The translations under genes and the position numbers were made by a program. The notes under the pieces are model-generated. The model saw only the letters and a program-made list of their open reading frames with translations, searched no databases and was not told the origin of the DNA. From positions 1 to 39,136 of the forward strand of contig NW_021835717.1 in the NCBI RefSeq assembly GCF_006345805.1: 39,136 bases of DNA, read 5' to 3'. Shown here piece by piece: positions 21,336 through 33,249 of this stretch. The DNA is from Octopus sinensis (taxonomy: Eukaryota). How positions within the stretch are numbered: the first letter of the stretch is position 1; the number at the start of each line of letters is the position of its first letter.

Positions 21336-21611
21336 GTTGTGTGTTGTTTTTTTTTTAACGATGCATGTGAAACAATCGAATTCAAGGTATCTAATATCTA
21401 CGTAAAAAGCATTTTTGTTGTGATGCCATAAATAGCACGCGACACTTCAGAAATTCGATTTGCATTTTCTTTTCTTTTTTTTTTTTTTTTTTTTACTCTT
21501 CAATAAATGTTTCTGACCTGATTCACCGTTTGTGCGATATTGAATTTTTCATTTTTTATTTCTATGCTTGTCCTATTCATCCCTACACAAACATACACGC
21601 ACATGCTCATA

Positions 21612-22124
21612 TCTATGTATATAAAACTGTAGTTGTGTGAGTGTCTGTCCCCTTCGATTTAGATTCCTAACTACTCCCACATTTTGCGGTGCAGTTTAAC
21701 CAAATTCGGGTATCTTATAGTCGTGATTCATATCGAGCCCGTCTGGCTATTAGCGCGCGTCTACGATGAGTCTACGATTTTAAAAATAATTTAACATCAT
21801 TTTTTATTCCATTTTAATGCATAATTTTTCGTGTGTCGATGGCGGCAGAGTTGGCGTCCATGGTCACACCTGCACCTGTTTGCTTCTCCCCCTTCTTCCC
21901 TCCCTCGTGAAGCTGTGGGGAAGGGAGTGTAAGGAAATCAACGTCGTAATGCGTTGTCAAGGAGACCAGCGTTCTTTTAGAACAACGACTTCATGGCTTG
22001 AAGACACCAAAACAGAAATGGCTAAGAAAGCCCGAATTGGCATCTATAAGGGAAGTAACTCTCTAAAAATGCTTATATAGTTATTTCCCTTACAAACCCG
22101 AGCAACGCCGGGCGATACTGCTAG
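21612..22124 (+). mobile_element. Non-autonomous Helitron (~513 bp)
   Basis: Begins TCTATGTATATAAAA after an A (21611); ends with subterminal hairpin CCCG-AGCAACGC-CGGG, then CGATACTG-CTAG followed by T (22125). These are the canonical A|TC...CTRR|T termini. Confidence 0.85.
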
Positions 22125-22136
22125 TATATATATATA

Positions 22137-22321
22137 TGAAGGGATACTGAAAAACTCCTGGATCAGTTTATTACGATTTTATTCGACATATTCCTCTCTC
22201 TGTTTCACACACTTGTTGCAGGGGTCCTTCAGTTTTCCTTAACCCTGTAAAAGAACTCGGAAGGTTGAGCCTCCAGCCAGGCCTTTCGCAACACCCATAA
22301 AGCCAGAAACCTTTCAGCACT
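22137..22321 (-). mobile_element. mariner 3' fragment with TIR
   Basis: TA + TGAAGGGATACTGAAAAACTCC terminal repeat; minus translation with a frameshift gives [27 protein letters not shown]-stop, a mariner C-terminus. Confidence 0.78.
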
Positions 22322-22324
<3 letters not shown>

Positions 22325-22362
<38 letters not shown>

Positions 22363-22590
22363 TGTATGTATGTGCGTGTGTATGTGTTGTGTGTGTGTGT
22401 GTGTGTGTTTGTGTGTGTGTGTTTGTGTGTGTGTGTATGTGCGCGTGTGTGTGTGTGTGTGCGTGCGTGTGTGAGGTGTGTGTGTGGGGGGGTATGTGTG
22501 TGTATGTGTGTGTATGTGTGTGCGTATGTGTGTTTGTGTGTGTGTGTGTTTGTGCGTGTGTTTGTGTTTTTATGTGTGTGTGTGTGTGTG
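22325..22590. repeat. Interrupted (GT)n array
   Basis: Direct reading. Confidence 0.96.
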
Positions 22591-23300
22591 TTCGCGCCCA
22601 CGAAGTTTTTGAACGAGCTCAAGCATCCCCTCCAACCGAACATGTTTTGGTTTTTCTCAGACAAGGAATTTTTCTGCCAGGATCAGATGGTGAACACACG
22701 GAACAACCATTGGCTTGCCTTGTCCCCAAAACATGGAGTAATCACTAGTGATGGCGACGTTATACCTCTTTTCATCTTCCCACACGGCCTCACACTCAAC
22801 ACGGGAGTCTACATGAAGTGCCTGGAGGACGCAGTGCTGCCCTGGGTCAAGAGGGTGGCTGCTAGAAGACCCTATGTCTGGCAACAGCACTCTGCACCAT
22901 GCCGCACAAGCAGGAGAACCCAGTCATGGCAGTCAGACAATTTCTGCAACCACATCACCCCTAACATCTGGCCACCTAACTCCCCAGACTGTAACCCCTA
23001 AATTATTATGTGTGGGGCGCAGTTGAGCAAGGAACTAACAAAATTCCTTGTCACACCAAAGATGAACTGAAGGCGAGGATTATGACAGCATTCACCAGTT
23101 TAATTAAGGAGACCGTCCAGAAGACTTGCAAGTGATTCCAAAGTTGTCTGGAGGCTGTGTTTGAAGCCAATGGCGATATTATTGAATAAATTTACTCTTT
23201 AGTATTCCAAGATATTTTTATGTAATTTTGGTAAATATATCTGTTAAAATGAGATGTCAGTGTTGCGTAACTTAGATGACAATTTATTCATCGCACCCTG
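22591..23300 (+). mobile_element. Tc1/mariner DD37D (maT/Bmmar1-type) transposase fossil, 3' half with right TIR
   Basis: WFFSD..FCQDQ.VN.RN..WL...; YVWQQ(H)SAP...[10 protein letters not shown](L)(N)YYVWGAVE with 37 residues between the second and third catalytic positions (both mutated). Frameshift at ~22999, in-frame TGA, end GDIIE-TAA (23187-23189); TIR ends CGCACCCTG then TA (23301-23302). Confidence 0.9.
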
Positions 23301-23344
23301 TATATGTTTGTATATGAACATACATACATACATACATACATACA

Positions 23345-23375
<31 letters not shown>

Positions 23376-23821
23376 TTCTACAAGTGGCTCATTTGAATTG
23401 GCGAGTCCTATTCACATGGGTTATAAACAAATTTCTTGTATATGGAAGTTTTGAATGAAATTACACCACTGTTCTTCGCCTTGGAACATGTGCAGTAGTG
23501 CTGCTTCTACACTTCAAAGAGAACAAGTCCTTGGCAGCGTTTGAAGGTGTCCTTCGTGACATTTTTCGAAGATATCTGAATATTGGGACTATGCAGAGGC
23601 AGCTCTCACTAACGAGCAGACTATAACATGGAAACATGTATCATGCCTTCGCAATGTGGTCGTGAGCAGAAACAGAGACTCACAGGACAACCTCGGCTTT
23701 GGGCCAAATGAACCTTCAAGATGTGACATCTAGAGTGAGAGAAGGAAAGAGAGATAAGAACAGAGGGACAGAGAGATGGAGAGAGAGAGAAGGGGTTGTG
23801 CCAGTACTGATATTTGATAGT

Positions 23822-24045
23822 CATTAGAGCTGGGAAGACCAGTGGTACTTGTCCACCTGACCATTCATTAGAGCTGGGAAGACCAGTGGTACTTGTCCAC
23901 CTGACCATTCATTAGAGCTGGGAAGACCAGTGGTACTTGTCCACCTGACCATTCATTAGAGCTGGGAAGACCAGTGGTACTTGTCCACCTGACCATTCAT
24001 TAGAGCTGGGAAGACCAGATAATTGATATTCATTAGAGCTGGGAA
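23822..24045. repeat. 44-bp minisatellite: 4 perfect copies plus 2 partial
   Basis: CATTAGAGCTGGGAAGACCAGTGGTACTTGTCCACCTGACCATT starts at 23822, 23866, 23910 and 23954; partial copies at 23998 and 24031. Confidence 0.97.
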
Positions 24046-24145
24046 TGAAGTGCCTTGCTAGAGAATACAACACACCGCCCATTTCAAGAATTGAACCGGC
24101 GACCATATGATCATGAAACCAGCACTCTGACCACTAGGCCACTCG
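24046..24145 (-). mobile_element. Degraded family D SINE head running into the minisatellite
   Basis: Minus GTGGCCTAGTGGTCAGAGTGCTGG...GGTTCAATTC...TGTTGTATTCTCTAGCAAGGCACTTCATTCCC. Confidence 0.75.
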
Positions 24146-25405
24146 TTTTACTTGATATTGGGCGGGGGGGGGGAACCGTAATATCTTTGTTTAGTATATA
24201 CGGGGGTTTCGGATTCAATTCACGTTGATATTGTACTGTTAAAGTACAGAACAACAATTGTAAATAACGAAATAAAAATATTTTTTTCCTTTTTCTCTTA
24301 GAAAAACATGTAATAAAAAATGCGATTAAAAATGATAAATTCGTAAAAAATTAATAAAATAAATTTCTAAAAATATTTTTAAAATTTAAGGAAATTTATA
24401 TAATATTACAAAAGTGCAGCATTTTATTCATGTTTTGACTCTTTTTTTTGCATAAGGATACATTCTAAATCTTCCTCTCTCTCTCTCTGTCGCCTGCGTA
24501 TATACACACGCACGCGCACTCGCACACAGCATTCCTTCCAGTGTACTTGTGCTCAATGAATATCTCCTGCCCGTTCAAGTGTGAGACGCACTACAGTGGA
24601 ATATTAAAGCTACAGAAGAATGATATACGTTACATTTCGGCGATGTAGCAACAAAGAGAGAAGGAAGCGTCGTAAAAGTTCTTGATATACCAAATTACAC
24701 ATATACCAAATTACACATACAAGAAGCACAAGAAATGCGTTTCCTAGTCATAAGTGCTTTGGATTCACGATAAGGCTGTTGCCTTTCTGGGCTACAAGAT
24801 GTGTTCTACCCTTGAGCAAAAAACCTCATTCGACCCGTCTACTCCATTTCTCTTCACTGCAGTCTAGCTGGATGGAAATTATTACCAGATGAGCGTTGGT
24901 GTCGGCCTCTCTGACTCCAGCTCTCACCCACGCGATGTGCCGCCCTCTCTGCCCCCAGCTGTCACACATTGGATGTGCCGCTGAACTGATCCAAGTGTTC
25001 GAGGGCGAGATGATGTCTACGTTTGCTCGCAGCTACATAGGCATTTAAAACAATTAGCGTAAGCATGGTACATGCCATCGAGTTATATTTATAGCTTTAT
25101 GTGCTTCGAGATCCAATGTTCCAAAAAAAGAATTCTTTCTCGTTCTCTCGAAAGTTTATAAATTTTTACGACGTCAACAACTGTTAGTAAGAATACAATT
25201 TCTAAAATGGCTAGAGACTCTGGAAAGATTGTTTTGGAACAATCGTTGAACGTCTGCCGTGTCTACAGGAGATGTGGGTTCGTGTCCCATGGGCAGCCCT
25301 GAACTTTTTCTATCCAAAAGAGTTCTTCAACCCAATTTTCATATGCAATTCTTTGTAGCTGTTTGGGCTTCAAGATCTATTGTTCCATAAAAGAATATAA
25401 CACCA

Positions 25406-25448
25406 GTGCCCCAGCATGACCGCAGCTTTCAAGCTGAAAGTAGTTAAG
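25406..25448 (+). mobile_element. Isolated C-type retroposon 3' tail
   Basis: GTGCCCCAGCATGACCGCAGCTTTCAAGCTGAAAGTAG. Confidence 0.7.
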
Positions 25449-25481
25449 GGAGTATATCTTTAAACATACACACACAGATAA

Positions 25482-25540
<59 letters not shown>

Positions 25541-25543
<3 letters not shown>

Positions 25544-25850
25544 AGGCGCAATGGCCCAGTGGTTAGGGCAGCGGACTCGCGGTCGTAGGATCGCGGTTTC
25601 GATTCCCAGACCGGGCGTTGTAAGTGTTTATTAAGCGAAAACACCTAAAGGTCCACGAGGCTCCGGCAGGGGGTGGCGATCCCTGCTGTACTCTTTCACC
25701 ACAACTTTCTCTCACTCTTTCTTCTGTTGGCCTGCTCGCTTAGCCAGCGGGGTGGGGTCATTTGGAGACTAAAACAATGCAAAGCGCATTGTGACCAGCG
25801 ATGTGTAGCAACATCTGATAGCCTGGTCGGTCACGGTGATCACGGTGATA
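25541..25850 (+). mobile_element. Family E SINE, tail type 3 (…GCGCATTGTGACCAGCGATGTGTAGCAACATCTGATAGCCTGGTCGGTCACGGTGAT)
   Basis: Head and body ~90% like the 4846-5152 copy; 3' part unrelated. Confidence 0.88.
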
Positions 25851-25872
25851 TATATATACAGGCATATATATA

Positions 25873-26785
25873 TGAGGGGATACCCAAAAGAGACCGGAAT
25901 TTCGTAATATTATTTTATTCTCTTAGTTTTGCATGTTTACACTTTTATCGCCTTCAAAGTATTCTCCATTTAAAGCAATGCATCAGTCCAGACGCGTTCT
26001 CCACTGTTCGAAGCAGTGCTGGGGCTCTTGCGAAGTGATGCCGTTTAACGCCGCCGTCCTCTTTTTTTTCACTTTTTCCACATCAGCAAATTCCATGGTA
26101 TCAGCTTTCCTCACATTTAATGACATTCGAGAAAAAAGGTCCGGATCAACTTCCATCTGTTCTTTCAGTTCACGACACGCATTCAGTCGTGACTGCTTTT
26201 CATCTTCCGTGAGCAAGTGGGGTCACATCTTTTGCTGGAACTCTTTTCATTCGCAATTCCTCGCCCAGAATTCGTTCGGAGGAGCACCAAGACACACCAG
26301 TCATATCAACAAGTTCGTCAATTGTTCGGTGACGGTCATCCAAGATTAATTTATGAATTTTCGTGATGTTTTCATTCCTTTGGGAGTTCGACGGTCGTTC
26401 TGAACGATGTTTGGTCTTCAAGCGACAAGTGACCATTCCTAAAGCGTGAAAATCACTCATAAACTTGTGTTTGGCTCATGGCACAGTGTTCTTGTAAGGT
26501 GTTTGAAGCACTAGAATTGTTTTGGCTGCCGTTTTGGCTCCTGCAGAAAACAGAACTTCACTGAAGCACGCTGTTCCTTCGTTTCAACCATCGCAAAAAT
26601 CGACCAACAGGGGAGAAGCTCTGGAAAACAAAGACGCACCACGTAGCAGTGCGACCTTAGTAGACGACGCCGGTTGGCAGACTGATGCCTGAGTGTCGCA
26701 TCAAGTGGCTTCTATCGGCGAAGCCTGAACGACAACGGGCTTGTCTCACAGAGAACTTTCCCGGTTACTTTTGGGTACCCTCTCT
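25873..26785 (-). mobile_element. mariner element with both TIRs and an internal deletion of the catalytic core (non-autonomous)
   Basis: TIRs GAGGGGATACCCAAAAGAGACCGGAA (25874) and reverse complement GAGAGGGTACCCAAAAGTAACCGGGAA (~26784). Decayed transposase from ATG 26591 (MVETKEQRASVKFCFL...RSERPS...MKRVPAK) to GEYFEGDK...TAA 25923; jumps from DPDLFS directly to the C-terminal FADVEKVKKK...CFEQW region. Confidence 0.9.
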
Positions 26786-26804
26786 TGTGTGTGTAAAAAG
26801 ACAG

Positions 26805-26927
<123 letters not shown>

Positions 26928-27943
26928 TGTTTCTTTATTAGCCACACAGGACTGCACACAGACAGGACAAATTACAAAAAAAGGGGGAATAAAATTAAAA
27001 AAAATTTTTTTTTAAAGTTGGGGAGGGAGAGGAAAAAAAATTGATCAATAGGGATCGTTATCACAGAAATGTCAATATGAAGTGTAAAGGGGAGGACAGG
27101 TGAGGTTTACCCGTGGAAAGAAAAGCCTACGGAAAAGACCACGGTAACCTCGGTCAATGAAGTCACATGTTATATTTCTTTTTTTTTTTTTTGCAAATAA
27201 GCAACTCTCTGTATTAATTTTTACGGTTCATAGAATCATAGTCAAGGTGGCTTCGTCATTCATACGTGCCATCCTTGCTACATTCACCCATCTTTTTTTT
27301 AAACATTCACTAGACAGATAGGCAGACAGATAGATAAGTATACATACAACTGTGAGCGGACATGCAATTGTTAACATATTCTTGTTTGTGTAATACGTTT
27401 ATAAGCAAACATGAAAACACATTGAAGAATTCAACACATGGCATACACCCACAGAGGTCACACACACACACACACACCAAACCCCACCAAAGTGACTTCC
27501 CTCTCAACAATTCCATTTCGAAATCTTAACGCAACCATCTTGAACACTTTAATGGCGTTTCTTAATCTGCGACACAATGACTCATGTTTTCCCGTTCTTT
27601 TATTCTTTTCTATTTTTTTTTTTTTTGCTTTTGTCGTCCATTCATCCTTCCCTCCATAATTTCTTTCTTTCCTTCTTTCCTTTTTTCCTTTTATTCTTTC
27701 TTACTTTCCTTCTTTCCTTTTCTTTCTTTTCCCACCTACTCCCCCTCCCCCTCCCCATTCAGTTATTGACTTATTTATGTTTTTGTATTTGTTTGTTTCA
27801 TTTGTTTTTTTTTTCTTATTCTGTTTTGTTTATTCTCTCGAATCTGGGATAAATACACACACACACGCACACACACACACACACGCACACACACGCACAC
27901 ACACACGCACACGCACACACACACACACATTTATATTCTCTCC

Positions 27944-28344
27944 CTTTAACTCTTTTACTTGTTTCAGTCATTTGACCGCGGCCATGCTGGAGCATCGCCT
28001 TTAGTCGAGGAAATCGACCCCGGGACTTATACTTTGTAAGCCCAGTAATTATTCCATCGATCTCTTTTGCCGAACCGCTAAGTGACGGGGACGTAAACAC
28101 ACCAGCATCGGTTGTCAAGCAATGCTAGGGGGACAAACACACACACACACAAACACACACACACATATATATATACATATATACGACGGGCTTCTTTCAG
28201 TTTCCGTCTACCAAATCCACTCACAAGGCATTGGTCGGCCCGGGGCTATAGCGGAAGACACTTGCCCAAGATGCCACGCAGTGGTACTGAACCCGGAACC
28301 ATGTGGTTGGTTAGCAAGCTACTTACCACACAGCCACTCCTGCG
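27944..28344 (-). mobile_element. Family C SINE
   Basis: Near-identical to the other C copies. Confidence 0.94.
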
Positions 28345-28375
28345 TGTGTATGTATGTATGTATGTATGTATGTAT

Positions 28376-28810
28376 TGGGGTCGATCTAATCGACTGGCCC
28401 TCTCCCCAAAATTTGGGGCCTTGCGCCTAGTGTAGAAAAGATTATTATAGCAGTATTCCGTCTGTCTTTACGTTCTGAGTTCAAATTCCACCGAGGTCGA
28501 CTTTGACTTTCATCCTTCCGGGGCCGATAAATTAAGTACCAGTTGCATACTGGGATCGATCTAATCGATTGGTCCCTTCCTTAAAAATTGCAGGCCTTGT
28601 ACCTAGAATAGAAAAGGATATATTCCATAGTTTTCGTCTGTCTTTACGTTCTGAGTTCAAATTCCACCGAAGTTGACTTTGCTTTCATCCTTTCGGGATT
28701 GATAAATTATGTACCAGTTGCGTACTGGGGTCGATCTAATCGACTGGACCCCCCAAAAAAGAAATTTCGGGCCTTGTACCTAGAGTAGAAAAGGATATAC
28801 TCCATAGTTC
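28376..28810 (+). mobile_element. Head-to-tail array of family B SINE bodies (1 partial + 2 near-complete)
   Basis: Units restart at (T/C)CGTCTGTCTTTACGTTCTGAGTTCAAATTCCACCG at ~28458 and ~28636. Confidence 0.9.
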
Positions 28811-29119
28811 AGAGAATTAATGTCGCCCAAGGGGTTTCTGAGTTCAAACGTTCGAAAAATAGCAGAAGGATTCATAGAATTCATGACGTAAGTGGGCTCA
28901 GCAACCCTTGAAGTGTAGGGAACTAAAGGGGCGAAATACTCTTTGAACTTTGACTGCATTTTCCAAACTTCCAGAAGCAGTTTGGGATGAATGTGCTTGG
29001 TGCTAAGTTTGGTCTGGTTCCTTTCATTAAGTCTGGAGAATGAAATTTAATAGGAAATGGAAACTGAGAATTCTGCTGTTTAAGTGTATATACATTTTGG
29101 GGTGGGACACTCTGGGAGT

Positions 29120-29170
<51 letters not shown>

Positions 29171-29364
29171 AAGACAGCAGCAATTACATCGTCCAAGAGG
29201 CATTTTATGCTGTAAAAAACGTACAAATGCTATTAAATTCACTTTAAATTTATATATATTCGTGAAATACCAAACTTTTTGTCACGCATCTGTAACCTGC
29301 ATATCCACGTATATATTTGCATGCATACATACATACATACATACATACATACATACATAAATAC

Positions 29365-29421
<57 letters not shown>

Positions 29422-29524
29422 CCTATGTACATACATATATACAAATATGTGTGTGTATGTGTGTACGTGTGTGTATATACTATTATTGAGTGAAATAGTA
29501 ACGCATGCCATATGTATGTATGAA

Positions 29525-29713
<189 letters not shown>

Positions 29714-29822
29714 GATTAAGATTCAGTTGAATTAGATACTTAAATTGAGGCAACAAGCCTGTTCGGTAAAGTGCGCGCAGCTCGAAAGGCCGTAATACAT
29801 TGATATTTAGACATCCTTGCTA

Positions 29823-29873
<51 letters not shown>

Positions 29874-29986
29874 CGCTCGAAACGTTAAACCCTCCTTCTT
29901 TCCTTCTTTCCTGAGCGTCTAATAATAATATATTGTTCCAAGTCCTCGCGTAGTTCTGTGTTTTTGTGCTTTCTTGTTTGGATTAA

Positions 29987-29989
<3 letters not shown>

Positions 29990-30080
<91 letters not shown>

Positions 30081-30175
30081 TTGTATACATACGTGTGTTC
30101 ACGCACGTGTGTATGTATGTATGTATATATATATGTATGTATGTATATATGTATGTATGTATGTATGTACGTATG

Positions 30176-30209
<34 letters not shown>

Positions 30210-31066
30210 TGTATTTGTGTATGTATGTATGCATGTATGTATGTATGTATGTATGTATGTATGTATGTATGTATGTATGTATGTATGCATGCATGCATGT
30301 ATCTATGTATGTATGTATGTATGTATGTATGTATGTATGTATGTACACATAGTAGAAGAGTTATTCATCTTTATCCGAGCACAGACTTTCCTGCAGATGG
30401 CGTAACATTTCATGGTAGGAAGTAGTACGGCGATGACATTTTTGGCCAGCTGCTGTGGATACGTCCACCACAGAATGTACGCCTGTGTGTTTGTGTCTCT
30501 GAATGTATGGTCGTATGTACTATATATTATGTACATATGTATGCAGGTATTTATGTGTGTATGTAAGTATATATGTATGTGTGTGTGTGCTTATGTATAT
30601 ACAAGTGGATTTCTGTGTGTGTATATGTATGTATGTATGTACGTATGCATGCATGCATGTATGTGTATGTACGTACGTGCGTATGTATGTATGCACGTAT
30701 GTATGCATGTGTATATATATGTGTGTTTATGTTATTATGTGAGAGTGTTTATGTGCGTCTGTGTATGTATATATGTACGCACGTATGTATGTACGTATCT
30801 ATGTATGTATGTGTGTATGTATGTATGCATGTATGTATGTATGTATGCATGTATGTATGTATGTACGTATGTATGTATGTGTGTATGTATGTATGTATGT
30901 ATGTGTGTGTATGTATGTATGTATGTATGTATGTATGTATGTATGTTTGTATGTATGTATGTATGTATGTATGTATGTGTGTATGTATGTATGTATGTAT
31001 GTATGTACGTACGTACGTACGTATGTATGTATGTATGTATGTATGTATGCATGTATGTATGTATAT
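29990..31066. repeat. Large degenerate (ATGT)n/(AT)n array
   Basis: Direct reading; source of the MYVC-repeat ORFs. Confidence 0.96.
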
Positions 31067-31883
31067 GCGTAGAATTAAAATTAATGTCTGTTAAAGATAT
31101 AAATTTGACTGCAATGTTAAGTTAGGGTATCGAATGTACGCCATTGTCATGTAGAGTCGTCTGACCTCTCTCAACTGACAGCCAGAGCAGCTGCCCCACT
31201 TTTCTATTGTACGATGTCGTTTAATTTGTTATCTAACTTAACCTTTTCACTAACAGCTATTTAACTAAAGTTACAGGAATTTAAGTGGTCGTAGTACCTC
31301 AGTTCTCTTCAATTTTACATCTATCACCTGCAGGCATTGTTTGAAAATGTAGGTCATTATTCAGTTGCGTAAGTTCCCTGGGTAGAACGGGTACACTAAA
31401 ATATCTAGAGTGAATTTGAACCTGTAACCCCTAAGGTTATAATTCAGTAAATTATTTATACAGTCACATGAGCGCTTCTATTAAGGTTATGGCTAAAACT
31501 AACTGTAGGCCCATCTGGGCGACAGAGCCCACTGTAGCGCCCGCTTTTGTCACAAGACCTGAGTGAATGGATTGTTTATCTGGGACAACTGATTGAAACA
31601 ATGTCATTTGAAACAGAGGAATAAACTATAGGGAAGGGTCATCTTAGAAGGCAAAACTGAGTTTAAATGAGTATGTCACGTGCTCTGAGAAGGACAATTG
31701 AACTGATGAATGTGCAACGCATTATTGTAACGACTATTCTGTGACCAACCTAATCTCGATAACTAATTATATAGCGATGTATTTTCCAAATATGTTTGCT
31801 TATGTATTGTCACGCCACTCCCTATTTCAATCGCTCGTATAATTGGTATCGTGAAACCCTGAGTCTCGATCCAAGAAACCATA

Positions 31884-31976
31884 GTTTCTAACATAACAAT
31901 ATTTTTATTATTATTATTTTATTATTTATTATTATTATTATTATTATTATATTATCATTATTCTTATATATTATTA

Positions 31977-32025
<49 letters not shown>

Positions 32026-32068
32026 GTTGTGTTGTTATTATTATTATTATTATTATTATCATTATCAT

Positions 32069-32099
<31 letters not shown>

Positions 32100-32192
32100 T
32101 ATTATTATTATTATATTATTATTATTATTATTATATTATTATTATCATTATTATTATTATTATTATTATTATCATCATTATTATTATTATTA

Positions 32193-32237
<45 letters not shown>

Positions 32238-32280
32238 TAACATTATTATTATCATCATTATTATTATTGTTGTTGTTATT
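31884..32280. repeat. Long interrupted (ATT)n [(TAA)n on minus] array
   Basis: Direct reading. Confidence 0.97.
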
Positions 32281-32345
32281 TGAAAAACTCAACGCCTATT
32301 TTGCTGGGTATGATGGATAGTGTCAGCTGTCCACGGCCAGCAGAC
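32281..32345 (-). mobile_element. Short 3'UTR tip related to the 611-690 R4/Dong-like element
   Basis: Shares GTG(A/G)ACAGCTGACACT with the 611-690 3'UTR; followed on minus by (CAA)/(TAA)n. Confidence 0.5.
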
Positions 32346-32867
32346 ATTATTACTATTTTATGTTTGACTTTTGCTTTACATTTGTACAAGTTGTCTCCAA
32401 GTCTCACCCAGAGACCTCAAGAGACAACAAGCTAGAAGTTCATGTGGGTGTTATGCCTAGGGTATCATACATTTGGTTTTGCACATAGTATTGTTCTAGA
32501 GAATGTTTAAGAAACCATAAGAAAATTATGTTTGTTTTAAAACTTGAGATTACATTGAAAGTATTTTGCGTAGGATATGGGCAGTTCCCATGAGCACTAT
32601 CTTTTGAATTTCTGCCATTTTGGAGTTCCTTAGTATCTGAGCTAGGTAGCAATCAGCCCCTTTTACTATCATTCCTAGGGCACCTATGTCAACAGGTATT
32701 GTTTTAGTCTTCAGGTTCCACATTTTGCTGATTTCTATTTCAAGATCTTTATACTTGCTCAGTTTTTGGTAGGTCTTGACAGATACATTTATGTCGATTG
32801 GGACAGTCATATCAATGAGGAGGCATGATTTTTGTCTGAAGTATTTCAATATAATGTCTGGTCTATT
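32346..32867 (-). mobile_element. 5'-truncated R4/Dong-like LINE: restriction-like endonuclease domain + 3'UTR
   Basis: Open frame NRPDIILKYFRQKSCLLIDMTVPIDINVSVKTYQKLSKYKDLEIEISKMWNLKTKTIPVDIGALG...IQKIVLMGTAHILRKILSM-TAA (32550), carrying the PD..D..K REL signature. Confidence 0.93.
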
Positions 32868-32877
32868 ATTATCATTA

Positions 32878-32958
<81 letters not shown>

Positions 32959-32970
32959 TATCAATTATTA

Positions 32971-33007
<37 letters not shown>

Positions 33008-33062
33008 CATCATCATTATTATTATTACAGAGAGAGGGAGAGAGAGGGGGAGAGAGAGAGAG
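32868..33062. repeat. (ATT)n array followed by (GA)n
   Basis: Direct reading. Confidence 0.97.
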
Positions 33063-33249
33063 ATGGGGGGTGCTGCAAATAAACTGTATCGAAACATAAT
33101 TCGAGGCCTATGAATTAAAATAATACACTAATTTCTATATTTAAAAAACTTATGCTGCCGGTGCCAATTCTCAAGCGACATAACTTCCGGTTTATATACG
33201 CGTGCATAAATAATCTAGAAGTAGTCTCTTTTTTATATTCATATGCACA

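Noticed and set aside
23822-24045. CRISPR-like array
   Set aside because: Units are head-to-tail identical with no unique spacers, the context is eukaryotic and there are no cas genes; it is a minisatellite.
24685-24716. 16-bp direct duplication ATATACCAAATTACAC as a transposon footprint
   Set aside because: No associated element; simple slippage is an equally good explanation.
24780-25050. GC-richer island with a strong acceptor-like CCATTTCTCTTCACTGCAG
   Set aside because: All three frames stop within ~20 codons, no recognisable protein and no clear donor; cannot be supported as an exon.
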